Assembly (NCBI RefSeq): GCF_000026545.1
Contig: NC_011601.1
DNA: 64,000 nt
Source: Escherichia coli O127:H6 str. E2348/69
GTDB taxonomy: Bacteria; Pseudomonadota; Gammaproteobacteria; Enterobacterales; Enterobacteriaceae
Direction: 5' to 3' (one strand)
Positions 42,983 through 54,083 of this stretch are shown here, piece by piece. The notes under the pieces are model-generated. The model saw only the letters and a list, made by a program, of their open reading frames with translations. It had not been told where the DNA came from and searched no databases. Position 1 is the stretch's first letter, and each line of letters opens with the position of its first letter. The position numbers were made by a program, and so were the translations under genes.

Positions 42983-44695
42983 TTAATCCCACAAATCGCG
43001 CGCCGGATCGAGCACCGGGCGAATGATGCCCGCACGCACCGTAAAGTCGCCGAAGCCTTCACCCACTTCGCGCTCTTTCGCCCAGCGCCCTATCAGTTCA
43101 TCAAGCGACGCCAGGATTTCCGACTCGGTGATGTTTTCTTTATACATCCGTGGGATACGTGTCCCAATGCGGTTGCCGCCAAGATGCAGGTTGTAGCGAC
43201 CCGGCGCTTTCCCCACCAGACCCACTTCCGCCAGCATCGCGCGACCACAACCGTTCGGGCAGCCTGTTACACGCATCACGATATGCTCATCGCTGACACC
43301 ATGTTTCGCCATTAAATTATCGATGTTGTCGATAAAAGACGGCAGGAAACGCTCCGCTTCCGCCATCGCCAGCGGGCAAGTCGGGAATGACACGCAGGCC
43401 ATTGAGTTTTCACGCTGCGGCGTGACGGCATTCATTAACCCGCTCTCTTTGGCGATCTTCTCGATCTTCGCTTTCTCGCTTTCCGGCACGCCGGCGATGA
43501 TCAGATTCTGGTTCGCCGTAATGCGGAAATCACCTTTGTGGATCTTCGCGATCTCCAGCAGGCCAGTTTTCAGCGGGCGCCCCGGATAATCAAGAATTCG
43601 ACCATTTTCGATAAACAGCGTCAGGTGCCAGTTATCATCAATGCCCTTAACCCAGCCAATACGATCGCCGCGTCCGGTAAACTCATACGGGCGAATCGGC
43701 TCGAATTTGATCCCCGCGCGACGCTCAACTTCCGCTTTAAACGTCTCAACCCCCACGCGCTCCAGCGTGTATTTGGTTTTGGCATTTTTACGATCGGTTC
43801 GGTTACCCCAGTCACGCTGAGTCGTCACGACGGCTTCTGCCACCGCCAGCGTATGCTCCAGCGGCAGATAACCAAACTCACTCGCCGTGCGGGCGTAGGT
43901 TTTCTTGTTGCCGTGCTCGATGGAAAGCCCACCGCCCACCAGCAGGTTAAAGCCCACCAGCTTGCCGTTTTCGGCGATCGCCACGAAGTTCATGTCGTTG
44001 GCGTGCAGATCGATATCGTTCTGCGGCGGGATCACTACCGTGGTTTTGAACTTACGCGGCAAATAAGTCTGACCGAGGATCGGTTCTTCATCGGTGGTGG
44101 CGACTTTTTCCTGATCGAGCCAGATCTCCGCATACGCGCGGGTACGCGGCAGCAGATGTTCAGAAATTTTCTTCGCCCATTCATATGCTTCCGCATGCAG
44201 CTGCGACTCGTAAGGGTTCGAGGTGCAGAGTACGTTACGGTTCATGTCGTTGGCGGTCGCCAGCGCATCAAGACCGACCGAGTGCAGCATCTGATGCACC
44301 GGTTTGACGTTCTTTTTCAGAATGCCGTGGAACTGGAATGTCTGGCGGTTGGTCAGGCGAATGCTGCCATAGATGGTGTTTTCACCGGCAAATTTGTCGA
44401 TCGCCTGCCACTGTTTAGTGGTAATCACCCCACCCGGCAGACGACAGCGAAGCAGCATCGCGTGACGTGGTTCCAGCTTCTGTTCAGCACGTTCGGCGCG
44501 GATGTCGCGGTCATCCTGCTGATACATGCCGTGGAAGCGGATCAACAGGAAGTTATCACCCTTAAAGCCGCCGGTCAGACCGTCATTTAAATCTTCCGCA
44601 ATGGTGCCGCGCAGGTAGTTGCTTTCAAGCTTCATGCGCTCGGCGTCTGTCAGTTTTCCTTCGACCACTAAAGGTCCTGGATGTTTTTCGCTCAT
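42983..44695 (-). CDS. cysI: Sulfite reductase hemoprotein beta subunit
   Basis: 570 aa, siroheme/4Fe-4S Cys motifs. Confidence 0.95.
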
Positions 44696-46494
44696 TAGTA
44701 GACATCTCGCTGATAACGGCGCTCTACGCGCAGCTCACTTAAAAATTCATCCGCCGCTTCGGTGTCCATGCCACCAAATTCGGCAATCACTTCCAGAAGT
44801 GCCTGCTCAACGTCTTTCGCCATGCGATTAGCGTCGCCGCAGACATAAATGTGGGCACCGTCATTGATCCAGCGCCACAGCTCTGCGCCCTGTTCGCGCA
44901 GTTTGTCTTGTACGTAAATTTTTTCTTTTTGATCGCGCGACCAGGCGAGATCGATGCGCGTCAGCACGCCTTCTTTGACGTAACGCTGCCATTCCACCTG
45001 GTAGAGGAAATCTTCCGTAAAGTGTGGGTTGCCAAAGAATAGCCAGTTTTTACCCGGCGCTTCGTCGGCAGCACGCTGCTGCATAAAGGCACGGAACGGC
45101 GCGATGCCGGTGCCAGGGCCAATCATGATCACCGGGGTTTCCGGATTGGTTGGCAGGCGGAAGTTGTCGTTATGTTCGATAAAGACGCGGACTTCACCCT
45201 CTTCTTCCACACGATCCGCGAGGAAGCTGGAGGCACCACCGGCACGGGCGCGGCCTTCCACGTCGCAACGCACCACACCAACGGTAACGTGCACTTCGTT
45301 CTCGACTTCCGCCTGCGAGGAGGCGATGGAATACAGGCGCGGGGTCAGCGGGCGCAGCAGATTAATCAGCGCTTCGGCATCCAGTTGCGCCGGAGAGAAA
45401 CGCACCATGTCGACAATCGGCGTCGTCGCGGCGTAATGCTGTAATTTCGCTTTATCGCCCACCAGCGGCAGCAGCGTTTCGCTGCGGGTAAGCGTGGCAT
45501 AGTTCTCAACAATGTTGGCGGTGTTAACGGTCAGTTCGAAGTGCCACTGTAGCGCTTCGTTCAGAGGCAACGTTTTGCCCTCGACGGTGACAGGTTCATC
45601 GCCTTTCAGCCACAGCAGTTCGACAAGTTCTTTCACCAGTGCCGGATCGTTCTGATACCAGACGCCCAGCGCGTCACCCGGCTGGTAACGCAGGCCAGAG
45701 TCACCTAAGTCAATTTCAATGTGACGAACGTCTTTTTCAGAGTTACGCCCGGTAATTTTCTGGTTAACAGAGAGGCTCGCCACCAGCGGCGCGTCTTTGC
45801 TATACGGGCTGGTGTGGATTTCATTTACCGTGCCAGTAGCGACGGATTGCGAAGGTGCCGCGACAGGCGCACGCGATTTAAGCGCATCAACCACGCGGGC
45901 GCGCCACTCGCTGGCAGCAGCCTGGTATTCAACATCGGCATCGACACGGTCGAGCAGGCGTTCACCGCCCAGTTCCGCCAGCTTACTGTCAAAATCTTTC
46001 CCGGACTGGCAGAAAAATTCATAAGAGCTATCGCCGAGGCTAAACACGGCAAACGCGGTGTTTTCCAGCTTTGACGCTTTTTTGGAGAACAGGAACTTAT
46101 GCAGCGCGACGGCTTCTTCCGGCGGTTCCCCTTCCCCTTGCGTTGACGTCACCACGATAAGCAGTTTTTCGCTGGCGATTTGTTTGAATTTATAGTCACC
46201 CGCGTTCACCAGCTTAACGTTCAGTTTTGCCGCTAATAAATCATCGCGTAATGCTTCAGCAACCCGGCGCGCATTGCCGGTTTGCGAGGCGGAGATAATA
46301 GTTATACCCGGCATTTCTGCGGCGGGCGCTGGCGTCGCTGCAAGCGCAGCAGGCTGCTGGTTGAGCACGCCCCAGAAATAGCCAGAAACCCAGGCAAGCA
46401 GGGTAGGAGTTAAATCGGTCGTGGCCGCCTGAAGGCGTGCCAGTTGCTCCGGGTTCAACGGAAGCAACGCGGAAGGTGGGACCTGTGTCGTCAT
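44695..46494 (-). CDS. cysJ: Sulfite reductase flavoprotein alpha subunit
   Basis: 599 aa, flavodoxin plus FNR-like domains. Confidence 0.95.
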   Translation of the reverse strand: MTTQVPPSALLPLNPEQLARLQAATTDLTPTLLAWVSGYFWGVLNQQPAALAATPAPAAEMPGITIISASQTGNARRVAEALRDDLLAAKLNVKLVNAGDYKFKQIASEKLLIVVTSTQGEGEPPEEAVALHKFLFSKKASKLENTAFAVFSLGDSSYEFFCQSGKDFDSKLAELGGERLLDRVDADVEYQAAASEWRARVVDALKSRAPVAAPSQSVATGTVNEIHTSPYSKDAPLVASLSVNQKITGRNSEKDVRHIEIDLGDSGLRYQPGDALGVWYQNDPALVKELVELLWLKGDEPVTVEGKTLPLNEALQWHFELTVNTANIVENYATLTRSETLLPLVGDKAKLQHYAATTPIVDMVRFSPAQLDAEALINLLRPLTPRLYSIASSQAEVENEVHVTVGVVRCDVEGRARAGGASSFLADRVEEEGEVRVFIEHNDNFRLPTNPETPVIMIGPGTGIAPFRAFMQQRAADEAPGKNWLFFGNPHFTEDFLYQVEWQRYVKEGVLTRIDLAWSRDQKEKIYVQDKLREQGAELWRWINDGAHIYVCGDANRMAKDVEQALLEVIAEFGGMDTEAADEFLSELRVERRYQRDVY

Positions 46495-46809
46495 GCGTTG
46501 TTATGTTCCAGTAAGCAAAGCTGTTTCTGCGCCCTGTCAGCGCCCATAAAACAGAAGAGAAGGTAAGGTTAACGGGGTGAACGGTGTGGATTAAAGACGG
46601 GATAGCGATAACTAATAACCAAATCGACTAACCTGTTTTAGCAATAGTCTTTAACAACAAAATAGATTAACCAACCCAATGAAAAACAAATGAATATTGC
46701 CCATCAATAAGATAAATCAGCGATTTTGCGCAACAAAGTCGTTTTAGATAATGCGAAAAAACAGCCTTTCCGGTACTCTACGGCGGTTTTATCGTCATGT
46801 AGAGAAATT

Positions 46810-47175
46810 ATGATGTCCACCACGTTATTTAAAGATTTCACCTTCGAAGCCGCTCACCGCTTGCCGCATGTCCCACAAGGGCATAAATGTGGTCGCCTGC
46901 ACGGGCATTCCTTTATGGTGCGACTGGAAATTACCGGGGAAGTCGATCCGCATACGGGCTGGATTATCGATTTCGCTGAACTGAAAGCGGCGTTTAAACC
47001 AACTTATGAGCGCCTCGATCACCATTATCTCAATGATATTCCAGGTCTGGAAAACCCAACCAGCGAAGTTTTAGCAAAATGGATTTGGGATCAGGTTAAA
47101 CCCGTTGTGCCGCTGTTAAGTGCGGTGATGGTAAAAGAAACCTGCACCGCAGGTTGTATCTATCGCGGCGAATGA
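46810..47175 (+). CDS. queD: 6-carboxy-5,6,7,8-tetrahydropterin synthase QueD (121 aa)
   Basis: [21 protein letters not shown]..., PTPS family; start set at the conserved ATG. Confidence 0.93.
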   Translation: MMSTTLFKDFTFEAAHRLPHVPQGHKCGRLHGHSFMVRLEITGEVDPHTGWIIDFAELKAAFKPTYERLDHHYLNDIPGLENPTSEVLAKWIWDQVKPVVPLLSAVMVKETCTAGCIYRGE

Positions 47176-47252
47176 TAAGAGTGTGTCGGCGGTCAATTTC
47201 CCTTAAGTAACGCTATGTTAGGGTGTTGTGTTCTGGATATCTGGGGCATGAC

Positions 47253-48524
47253 ATGGAAGACGACTGCGACATTATTATTATCGGTGCCGGAATTGCTGGC
47301 ACCGCTTGCGCGTTACGCTGCGCGCGAGCGGGTTTATCCGTTTTGTTACTGGAACGAGCGGAGATTCCCGGCAGCAAAAATCTTTCCGGCGGGCGGCTAT
47401 ACACTCATGCGCTCGCGGAACTCCTCCCGCAATTTCACCTGACCGCGCCTCTTGAACGACGCATCACTCACGAAAGTCTTTCTCTGTTAACGCAAGATGG
47501 CGCAACGACGTTTTCCAGCTTACAGCCCGGCGGTGAATCCTGGAGTGTATTACGTGCACGATTCGATCCGTGGCTGGTTGCCGAAGCCGAAAAAGAAGGT
47601 GTCGAATGCATCCCCGGTGCGACGGTAGATGCACTGTATGAAGAAAACGGCAGGGTGTGTGGTGTCATTTGTGGTGACGATATTCTTCGCGCCCGTTATG
47701 TGGTGCTGGCAGAAGGTGCCAACAGCGTCCTGGCGGAACGCCACGGGTTAGTGACTCGTCCTGCTGGCGAAGCGATGGCATTGGGGATCAAAGAAGCGCT
47801 GGCGCTGGAACCATCCGCTATTGAAGAACGTTTTCATCTGGAGAATAACGAAGGCGCAGCGTTGCTGTTCAGCGGCGGAATCTGTGATGACTTACCCGGC
47901 GGCGCATTTCTTTATACTAATCAACAAACGCTCTCGTTAGGGATTGTTTGCCCGCTCTCCTCCCTTACGCAAAGTCGTGTTCCGGCAAGCGAGCTGCTGG
48001 CTCGCTTTAAAACGCATCCGGCAGTGCGCCCGCTTATCAAAAACACGGAATCACTGGAGTATGGTGCGCATCTGGTGCCAGAAGGTGGCCTGCGCAGTAT
48101 GCCGGTGCAATACGCCGGTAACGGCTGGCTGCTGGTGGGCGATGCGTTGCGCAGTTGCGTCAATACCGGAATTTCCGTGCGCGGTATGGATATGGCGCTA
48201 ACTGGCGCGCAGGCGGCGGCACAAACGCTGATAAGCGCCTGCCAGCACCGCGAGCCGCAAAATCTGTTTCCGCTTTATCATCACAACGTAGAGCGCAGCC
48301 TGCTGTGGGATGTTCTACAGCGTTATCAGCATGTTCCGGCGCTTTTGCAACGCCCTGGCTGGTATCGGGTGTGGCCTGGGTTAATGCAGGATATTTCCCG
48401 TGATTTATGGGATCAGGGGAATACACCTGTTCCACCGCTGCGCCAGTTGCTCTGGCGTCATTTACGTCGTCACGGCCTGTGGCATCTGACGGGCGATGTT
48501 ATCAGGAGTCTGCGATGTCTGTAG
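47253..48524 (+). CDS. ygcN: FixC-like FAD-dependent oxidoreductase (ETF-quinone oxidoreductase homologue) YgcN
   Basis: 423 aa, N-terminal FAD motif IIIGAGIAG. Confidence 0.9.
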   Translation: MEDDCDIIIIGAGIAGTACALRCARAGLSVLLLERAEIPGSKNLSGGRLYTHALAELLPQFHLTAPLERRITHESLSLLTQDGATTFSSLQPGGESWSVLRARFDPWLVAEAEKEGVECIPGATVDALYEENGRVCGVICGDDILRARYVVLAEGANSVLAERHGLVTRPAGEAMALGIKEALALEPSAIEERFHLENNEGAALLFSGGICDDLPGGAFLYTNQQTLSLGIVCPLSSLTQSRVPASELLARFKTHPAVRPLIKNTESLEYGAHLVPEGGLRSMPVQYAGNGWLLVGDALRSCVNTGISVRGMDMALTGAQAAAQTLISACQHREPQNLFPLYHHNVERSLLWDVLQRYQHVPALLQRPGWYRVWPGLMQDISRDLWDQGNTPVPPLRQLLWRHLRRHGLWHLTGDVIRSLRCL

Positions 48525-48775
48525 CCCGTAATCTCTGGCGCGCTGCCGATGCGCCGCACATTGTTCCGGCTGACTCCGTTGAGCGCCAGACGGCACAACG
48601 GTTGATTAACGCCTGTCCAGCAGGTCTTTTTTCGCTCACACCTGAAGGTGGCTTACGTGTTGATTATCACGGCTGCCTGGAGTGTGGCGCCTGCCGTTTG
48701 CTGTGCGACGAATCAACACTACAACAGTGGCGCTATCCGCCTTCCGGATTCGGCATCACCTACCGCTTTGGATAA
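48515..48775 (+). CDS. ygcO: FixX-like ferredoxin YgcO (86 aa)
   Basis: Small ferredoxin-like protein overlapping the ygcN 3' end, the typical fixCX arrangement. Confidence 0.88.
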   Translation: MSVARNLWRAADAPHIVPADSVERQTAQRLINACPAGLFSLTPEGGLRVDYHGCLECGACRLLCDESTLQQWRYPPSGFGITYRFG

Positions 48776-48791
48776 ATAATAAGGATAATTT

Positions 48792-49367
48792 ATGCCCCTC
48801 TTACACCTGCTCCGCCAGAATCCGGTGATTGCTGCCGTTAAAGATAATGCCAGCCTGCAACTGGCAATCGACTCTGAATGCCAGTTTATTTCCGTGTTGT
48901 ACGGCAATATCTGCACCATTAGTAATATCGTTAAAAAGATTAAGAACGCCGGGAAATATGCTTTTATTCATGTTGATTTGCTGGAAGGCGCGTCAAATAA
49001 AGAAGTGGTGATTCAGTTTTTGAAACTGGTGACCGAGGCGGACGGAATTATCAGTACCAAAGCCTCAATGCTGAAAGCAGCAAGAGCGGAAGGTTTTTTC
49101 TGTATTCATCGACTGTTTATTGTTGATTCGATTTCGTTTCACAACATTGATAAGCAAGTTGCGCAATCGAATCCGGATTGTATTGAGATCCTGCCAGGCT
49201 GCATGCCTAAAGTGCTGGGCTGGGTGACGGACAAAATCCGCCAACCGCTGATTGCTGGCGGGCTGGTGTGCGATGAAGAAGATGCGCGTAATGCGATTAA
49301 CGCGGGTGTTGTGGCGCTTTCCACCACGAATACTGGGGTCTGGACGTTAGCGAAAAAATTGCTTTGA
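48792..49367 (+). CDS. ygcP: GlpP-family (glycerol-3-phosphate-responsive-type) antiterminator-like protein YgcP
   Basis: 191 aa, GlpP/G3P_antiterm family by sequence resemblance. Confidence 0.88.
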   Translation: MPLLHLLRQNPVIAAVKDNASLQLAIDSECQFISVLYGNICTISNIVKKIKNAGKYAFIHVDLLEGASNKEVVIQFLKLVTEADGIISTKASMLKAARAEGFFCIHRLFIVDSISFHNIDKQVAQSNPDCIEILPGCMPKVLGWVTDKIRQPLIAGGLVCDEEDARNAINAGVVALSTTNTGVWTLAKKLL

Positions 49368-49402
49368 CGGGATAATCGTAACAAGTTGAATTTGGTGTGA
49401 TT

Positions 49403-49470
49403 TGTAGGCTGCACGCCACATCCGACATCCAGCGCCTGATGCGACGCTTGACGCGTCTTATCAGGCCTAC
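49403..49470. repeat. BIME-like pair of REP elements between ygcP and ygcQ
   Basis: gtaggctgcacgccacatccgacatcc... followed by a canonical REP gcctgatgcgacgcttgacgcgtcttatcaggcctac in the opposite orientation. Confidence 0.7.
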
Positions 49471-49514
49471 AAGTCCCCAGCCCAGAACCATCGGCAGGAT
49501 CATCCGGCAGCACG

Positions 49515-50375
49515 TTATTGGCAATCTGCGTGAATGTTTGTCACCAGTGCCTCCAGCACCACTTTCCAGTCATCAATCACGCCAACATCTGCCTGTGAAA
49601 ATACCGCTGCACTGGCGTCATGATTAATCGCCACCACAAACTTGCTATTGCGTACGCCCGCCATTAACGCTGCTGCGCCGGAAGCGCCAACAACAATACA
49701 CACCTCAGGTGCCAGCAGATGTCCGGAAATACCAATCACTTTTTCGGCATCAACGCCACCGTTCATCACTCGTGCCCGACTGTAGCCCACTTCGGCTCCC
49801 ATCTTTTCTGCCAGCATAGCGATTTCCTGGTTATCTGCCTCTCCGCCCTGCCCCACCACCAGCACCCGTCTGGCCTCAGCTAATGGGTCACGGGTAACAT
49901 TTTTCAGGTTTTCTATGCTGATAAGCCAGTCTGGAAGCGCGCCGGGGACAATGTTCAGTTGCTGCATCCCAGAGGGCAACGTGGCGTTTTTATCTGCTCC
50001 CGCCTGACGTGCCAGCGAAAGGCATAGCGGGCGTTTTTCTGTTTGCAGCGTCGCCGTTAGCGCATTTCCCCAGTGGGATTTGCGCACGCTTACGGTTGGA
50101 ATATCTAACGAAGTCACCTGGCAGATGCTTGCACCATGTAAACGCCAGGCCAGCCGGGTCGACAGTTCATCGCCAAACGTTCCCGGCGGAAAGAGAACAA
50201 CGTCCGCAGGCGTTCGTTGCCACTGTTCCACCAGCACATCCAGCACCTGTTCCGCAACCATCGGCTGTGGTTCTATTTGCCAATGTGCCAGGGTACAACC
50301 GCTGAAATCCTGCGCCGCCAGCCAGCTCGCTATTGCGGCATGTTCCTGATTTATTGTCACAATTGCGATATTCAT
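49515..50375 (-). CDS. ygcQ: Electron transfer flavoprotein alpha-subunit homologue (FixB-like) YgcQ
   Basis: 286 aa, ETF alpha family. Confidence 0.9.
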   Translation of the reverse strand: MNIAIVTINQEHAAIASWLAAQDFSGCTLAHWQIEPQPMVAEQVLDVLVEQWQRTPADVVLFPPGTFGDELSTRLAWRLHGASICQVTSLDIPTVSVRKSHWGNALTATLQTEKRPLCLSLARQAGADKNATLPSGMQQLNIVPGALPDWLISIENLKNVTRDPLAEARRVLVVGQGGEADNQEIAMLAEKMGAEVGYSRARVMNGGVDAEKVIGISGHLLAPEVCIVVGASGAAALMAGVRNSKFVVAINHDASAAVFSQADVGVIDDWKVVLEALVTNIHADCQ

Positions 50376-51151
50376 GGCTGCATCCTTTGGCGTAAATAGT
50401 CCTGCCATAGCTTTTGCGCTTTTTCTGCTACCGTTTGCCCATCAATCAGCGCCGCTCTGCGTCGTTGCTCTGGCCTTGCCAGTTGCAGGCACTGTATCGC
50501 TGGCGCTTCCGCGGCAACAGTTTCGCGGGTAATCTCCGCTTTCCCCGCCGCCATTCGCTGGCGCATTCCCGGTACTGGCAAGGCCACTTCACCACACTGA
50601 CGCACGGCAATCACCGCAGGCAAGCGAACCCGGCAACAGCGTACCCCATGTTCAGTACGCTGTTCGAGGGTGATAAACGGTGCGTCGAGAGTAAAGCGCT
50701 CCACCTGGGTGAAGCAGGGCCAGACCAGCATTTCCGCCAGCAAAAATGGCGTTTGCCCATTCTGCCCTTCGCTGCTTTGGCAGCCAGTAATTATCAGATC
50801 CAGCGGATTCTGGTACTGCCATTCGGCAATATGGCGAGCGACAAATTCCGGCGCAAAGCACAGATCTGCCGCCGTCTCCAGCAATACAGCGTCCTCAAAC
50901 CCAAGAGCCATGAGATAGCGCAGCCAGTGCAACGCCCGTTCATCCCCCATGCTCAACGCGGTTAAAGACATCGGCGTACCGTTTTTTCTCTGCGCCAACA
51001 GCAGCGCGGCGGCAGCCTGTTCATCGGCACCGAGTAAACTTCGCAGAAGCGAAACATCCGGTCCGATATTACCCTGAGCCGCCGCCTGCCACTCTTTTTC
51101 CGCCAGCATTCCGGCATCCGGTTCGGCTTTAAACGCTAACAGAATGTTCAT
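50372..51151 (-). CDS. ygcR: Electron transfer flavoprotein beta-subunit homologue (FixA-like) YgcR
   Basis: 259 aa, ETF beta family; 4-nt overlap with ygcQ. Confidence 0.9.
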   Translation of the reverse strand: MNILLAFKAEPDAGMLAEKEWQAAAQGNIGPDVSLLRSLLGADEQAAAALLLAQRKNGTPMSLTALSMGDERALHWLRYLMALGFEDAVLLETAADLCFAPEFVARHIAEWQYQNPLDLIITGCQSSEGQNGQTPFLLAEMLVWPCFTQVERFTLDAPFITLEQRTEHGVRCCRVRLPAVIAVRQCGEVALPVPGMRQRMAAGKAEITRETVAAEAPAIQCLQLARPEQRRRAALIDGQTVAEKAQKLWQDYLRQRMQP

Positions 51152-52466
51152 TCGCACCTCCTACATTTCCCGCCGCCACCAGCGGGAGTGCTTTGGTTTC
51201 TGGTGCCCATAGCCAGGTCACAACAAAACCAACCAACAACACTGCCGCCAGGAGCAATAAGGTGACTTGCATTCCCCACTGCGCCAGCACCCACGGCAGC
51301 AGGCCCGTACTTACTGCCGCGCCCAACCGACTCATGGCGGTGGCAAAACCGACGCCCAGCGAGCGAATGTCAGTAGGAAAACTTTCCGCAGGCAAAATGC
51401 CCACCAGATTACTGACTGCCGAAATGGTGGTGCTGAAGAGAACAAAAAGCAGCAGCGTTAATGAACTGCCGGAAGGCAAACAGGCCATCACTACCAGCGT
51501 TGCCGCCAGCAGCAAAAAACTTCCCAGTAAAAATCTGCGATGTGCCAGCAGGTGCGTCAGAACTAATCCCAGCAGCGCGCCCACAATTAACAACGCATTA
51601 AGCATCAGGCTGGCAGTCAGCGCATCTTCCAGACCAATAGTTTGGGCGATGGTCGGCAGCCAGGTATAAATCACAAACCATGGGATTACGAGGCAGACAA
51701 AGAAGACGCTGTTAAACGCCGTGCGCCGCCAGTAGCGCGAAGAGAACAAGGTTTTGATGTGTTTATGGGTCGCCGTTGCCACTTCATCGCCCAGTAAAAC
51801 ATGCGGGCCAAAATAGCGATGAACGATAGCGTGAGCTTCTGCAAAACGCCCCTGGCGCAGTAGCCAGCGTGGCGATTCCGGCGTGCCCCAACGTAGCAGC
51901 GTAATCAGCAAAGCTGGTAACGCCGCTGATGCCAGCAGCCAGCGCCAGGCCTCCGGGCTTTCGGAAATAAAGTGATGTCCGGCAATACTTGCCAGCACAT
52001 AGCCTACGGTCCACACCACACTGAATGCGCCCAGCAAAATACCGCGATGGCGGCGCGGGGAAAATTCAGCCAGCAAGGTGTGACCGACTGAGTAATCGCC
52101 TCCCAGACCAATGCCGATCAAAATGCGCAATCCAATAAGATGCTCTGGCGTGGTGGCAAAAAATTGCAAGAACGAAGCGAGCGTAATCAGCATAAAACTG
52201 AAGGTGAAGATTTTTTGCCGCCCGATATGGTCGGAGATCCACCCCAAAACCAGGCTGCCAAGAAACAAACCAAGTAACGCCGAGCCGCCGATCATTCCCG
52301 CCATAAACGGCGTCAGTTGCATGGCGGGCGTAAGCTGAATAATGGCGTAACCAATGACGCCGAGAACATAACCGTCGGTCAGGTGTGCGCCGAAAGTGAG
52401 CGCAGCAATGCGGCAGTGAAAACGGTTAAGTGGTAAATCATCCATTCGCACCGGTGAAGTGTTCAT
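51129..52466 (-). CDS. ygcS: MFS sugar-porter-family transporter YgcS (445 aa)
   Basis: Polytopic MFS protein; start set at MNTSPVRMDD. Confidence 0.9.
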   Translation of the reverse strand: MNTSPVRMDDLPLNRFHCRIAALTFGAHLTDGYVLGVIGYAIIQLTPAMQLTPFMAGMIGGSALLGLFLGSLVLGWISDHIGRQKIFTFSFMLITLASFLQFFATTPEHLIGLRILIGIGLGGDYSVGHTLLAEFSPRRHRGILLGAFSVVWTVGYVLASIAGHHFISESPEAWRWLLASAALPALLITLLRWGTPESPRWLLRQGRFAEAHAIVHRYFGPHVLLGDEVATATHKHIKTLFSSRYWRRTAFNSVFFVCLVIPWFVIYTWLPTIAQTIGLEDALTASLMLNALLIVGALLGLVLTHLLAHRRFLLGSFLLLAATLVVMACLPSGSSLTLLLFVLFSTTISAVSNLVGILPAESFPTDIRSLGVGFATAMSRLGAAVSTGLLPWVLAQWGMQVTLLLLAAVLLVGFVVTWLWAPETKALPLVAAGNVGGANEHSVSV

Positions 52467-52559
52467 CTTTACCCCTTCATTGTCCGGTAATAAGAACGGC
52501 TTCTCGCCTGAGAAGCCGAAAAGGCAACGCCCTGTCATCGAGGAACGCTGCCTCACACA

Positions 52560-54014
52560 TTATTTTTCAATCGGATAGATAGTACCCGTATTCATAATGC
52601 CGTTAGGATCGAACTGTTTTTTCAGACCTTCCAGCAACGTCCACGCGCTGCCGTGTTCCAGTTTGCTCCAGTGAACGCGATGTTTACCGATACCGTGGTG
52701 GTGCACCATCGAACCGCCGAGACGAATGGTTTCTTCGCAGATGATTTTGTTGAGCGGATTGTGGTACTTGTCGATTTCCTCTTCCGGCTTACAGTCAACG
52801 ACGTTGTAGTCGTAGACGAAGTACATGTTGGTGCCGTTCTGATAGCTATGAGAGGAGTGACCGCCCAGCATGGTGATGTCGTCGGCGTGCGGGAACTCGG
52901 TACGAATACGGTTAATAACGCTTTCGTAGATTTCGTGAATGCAGCTCCAGCAGCCGGACACTTCAGTGGTAAAGCCCATGTTGCCGGTTTTGAGGATCTG
53001 CACACGTTCGGCAGCCACTTTATCCGGTCCCCAGTTCAGGTTGTTAAACCAGGTTTCGATCAGCTTGCTGTCCACGCGCTGGCACTGCGGGTAGCACGCC
53101 ACGATTTCAGCAATCCCTTCACCCGTCGCCTTCGCAATGCGAGGGTTACCTTCAGCCATAAAGATCAGCACGCATTTGCCGTCGGCAAAATGGGTGAAGT
53201 GTTGGGTGCCATCTTCAGCATCATACAAACGAGCAATCGACGGACGATACCCTTCCACCATGATTTCACGCAGGATGTTGAAGCCGGTTTTCATGTCTTC
53301 CAGCACATAGCCATAGAAGAGATTGTTTTCCGGCGTAAATTTGAAGATTTTCACTGTGACTTCAGTGATATAGCACAGTGCACCTTCGTTGCCGATGATG
53401 ATATGACGAATGTCCGGGCCAGCCGCGCGACGTGGCACGTTTTTAATGCGTGTGACGGTGCCATCTGCCAGCACCGCTTCCAGACCAACGACCATATCCT
53501 CGATTGCGCCGTAGAGTGTGGAAAACTGCCCGATACTGCGGGTCGCCACCAGGCCGCCCATCTGCGCCAGCGGCTTTGACTGCGGAGAATGCCCCGTGGT
53601 GTAACCTTTTTCACGCAGCGCGTTTTCCAGCACCTCCAGCGGAACGCCACATTGCGCCGTGGCCTGCATATTCTCAATATCAATATTAATGATTTGATTC
53701 ATGGCGGAGCCGTCGAGCACCACCGAGTTTTCCACAACGGTTTCCAGCCCACCTTCGGTGGCGGAAGCACCGGTACGTGGCACACCGTTAATTTTGTGCG
53801 CATTCATAAAATTCAGCACACGGGATACTTGTTCTGTGGAACCGAGTTTTACGACCGCTGCCGGAATTGGCAAAGTATAAATGCCATGAATATCCGGAAA
53901 TTTACGAAAACGGTCAATACTGTTCTTCTTTAATACTGTTTCATCGGTAATTACGCGATCTGCACCAACAATTTCCTTTAGCTGGTCGACAATCGCTACG
54001 CGAGATAAAGACAT
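52560..54014 (-). CDS. ygcU: FAD-linked oxidase (alkyl-DHAP-synthase / D-lactate dehydrogenase-like) YgcU
   Basis: 484 aa, FAD-binding PCMH domain. Confidence 0.9.
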   Translation of the reverse strand: MSLSRVAIVDQLKEIVGADRVITDETVLKKNSIDRFRKFPDIHGIYTLPIPAAVVKLGSTEQVSRVLNFMNAHKINGVPRTGASATEGGLETVVENSVVLDGSAMNQIINIDIENMQATAQCGVPLEVLENALREKGYTTGHSPQSKPLAQMGGLVATRSIGQFSTLYGAIEDMVVGLEAVLADGTVTRIKNVPRRAAGPDIRHIIIGNEGALCYITEVTVKIFKFTPENNLFYGYVLEDMKTGFNILREIMVEGYRPSIARLYDAEDGTQHFTHFADGKCVLIFMAEGNPRIAKATGEGIAEIVACYPQCQRVDSKLIETWFNNLNWGPDKVAAERVQILKTGNMGFTTEVSGCWSCIHEIYESVINRIRTEFPHADDITMLGGHSSHSYQNGTNMYFVYDYNVVDCKPEEEIDKYHNPLNKIICEETIRLGGSMVHHHGIGKHRVHWSKLEHGSAWTLLEGLKKQFDPNGIMNTGTIYPIEK

Positions 54015-54083
54015 AGTAATTCCTTCCTGATAATAAAAATGGAATAGTTATTAATAAGAGAAAACAGAAACCACCGTTATGAA

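Noticed and set aside
42910-43062. N-terminal 51-codon extension of the cysH ORF
   Set aside because: The extension runs through a REP element, and the conserved CysH N-terminus ([15 protein letters not shown]) begins at 42909. The same reasoning rejected the extended starts of surE, queD, ygcN, ygcO, ygcQ, ygcS, ygcW, hypA, hypC, fhlA, hycE, higB and hosA.
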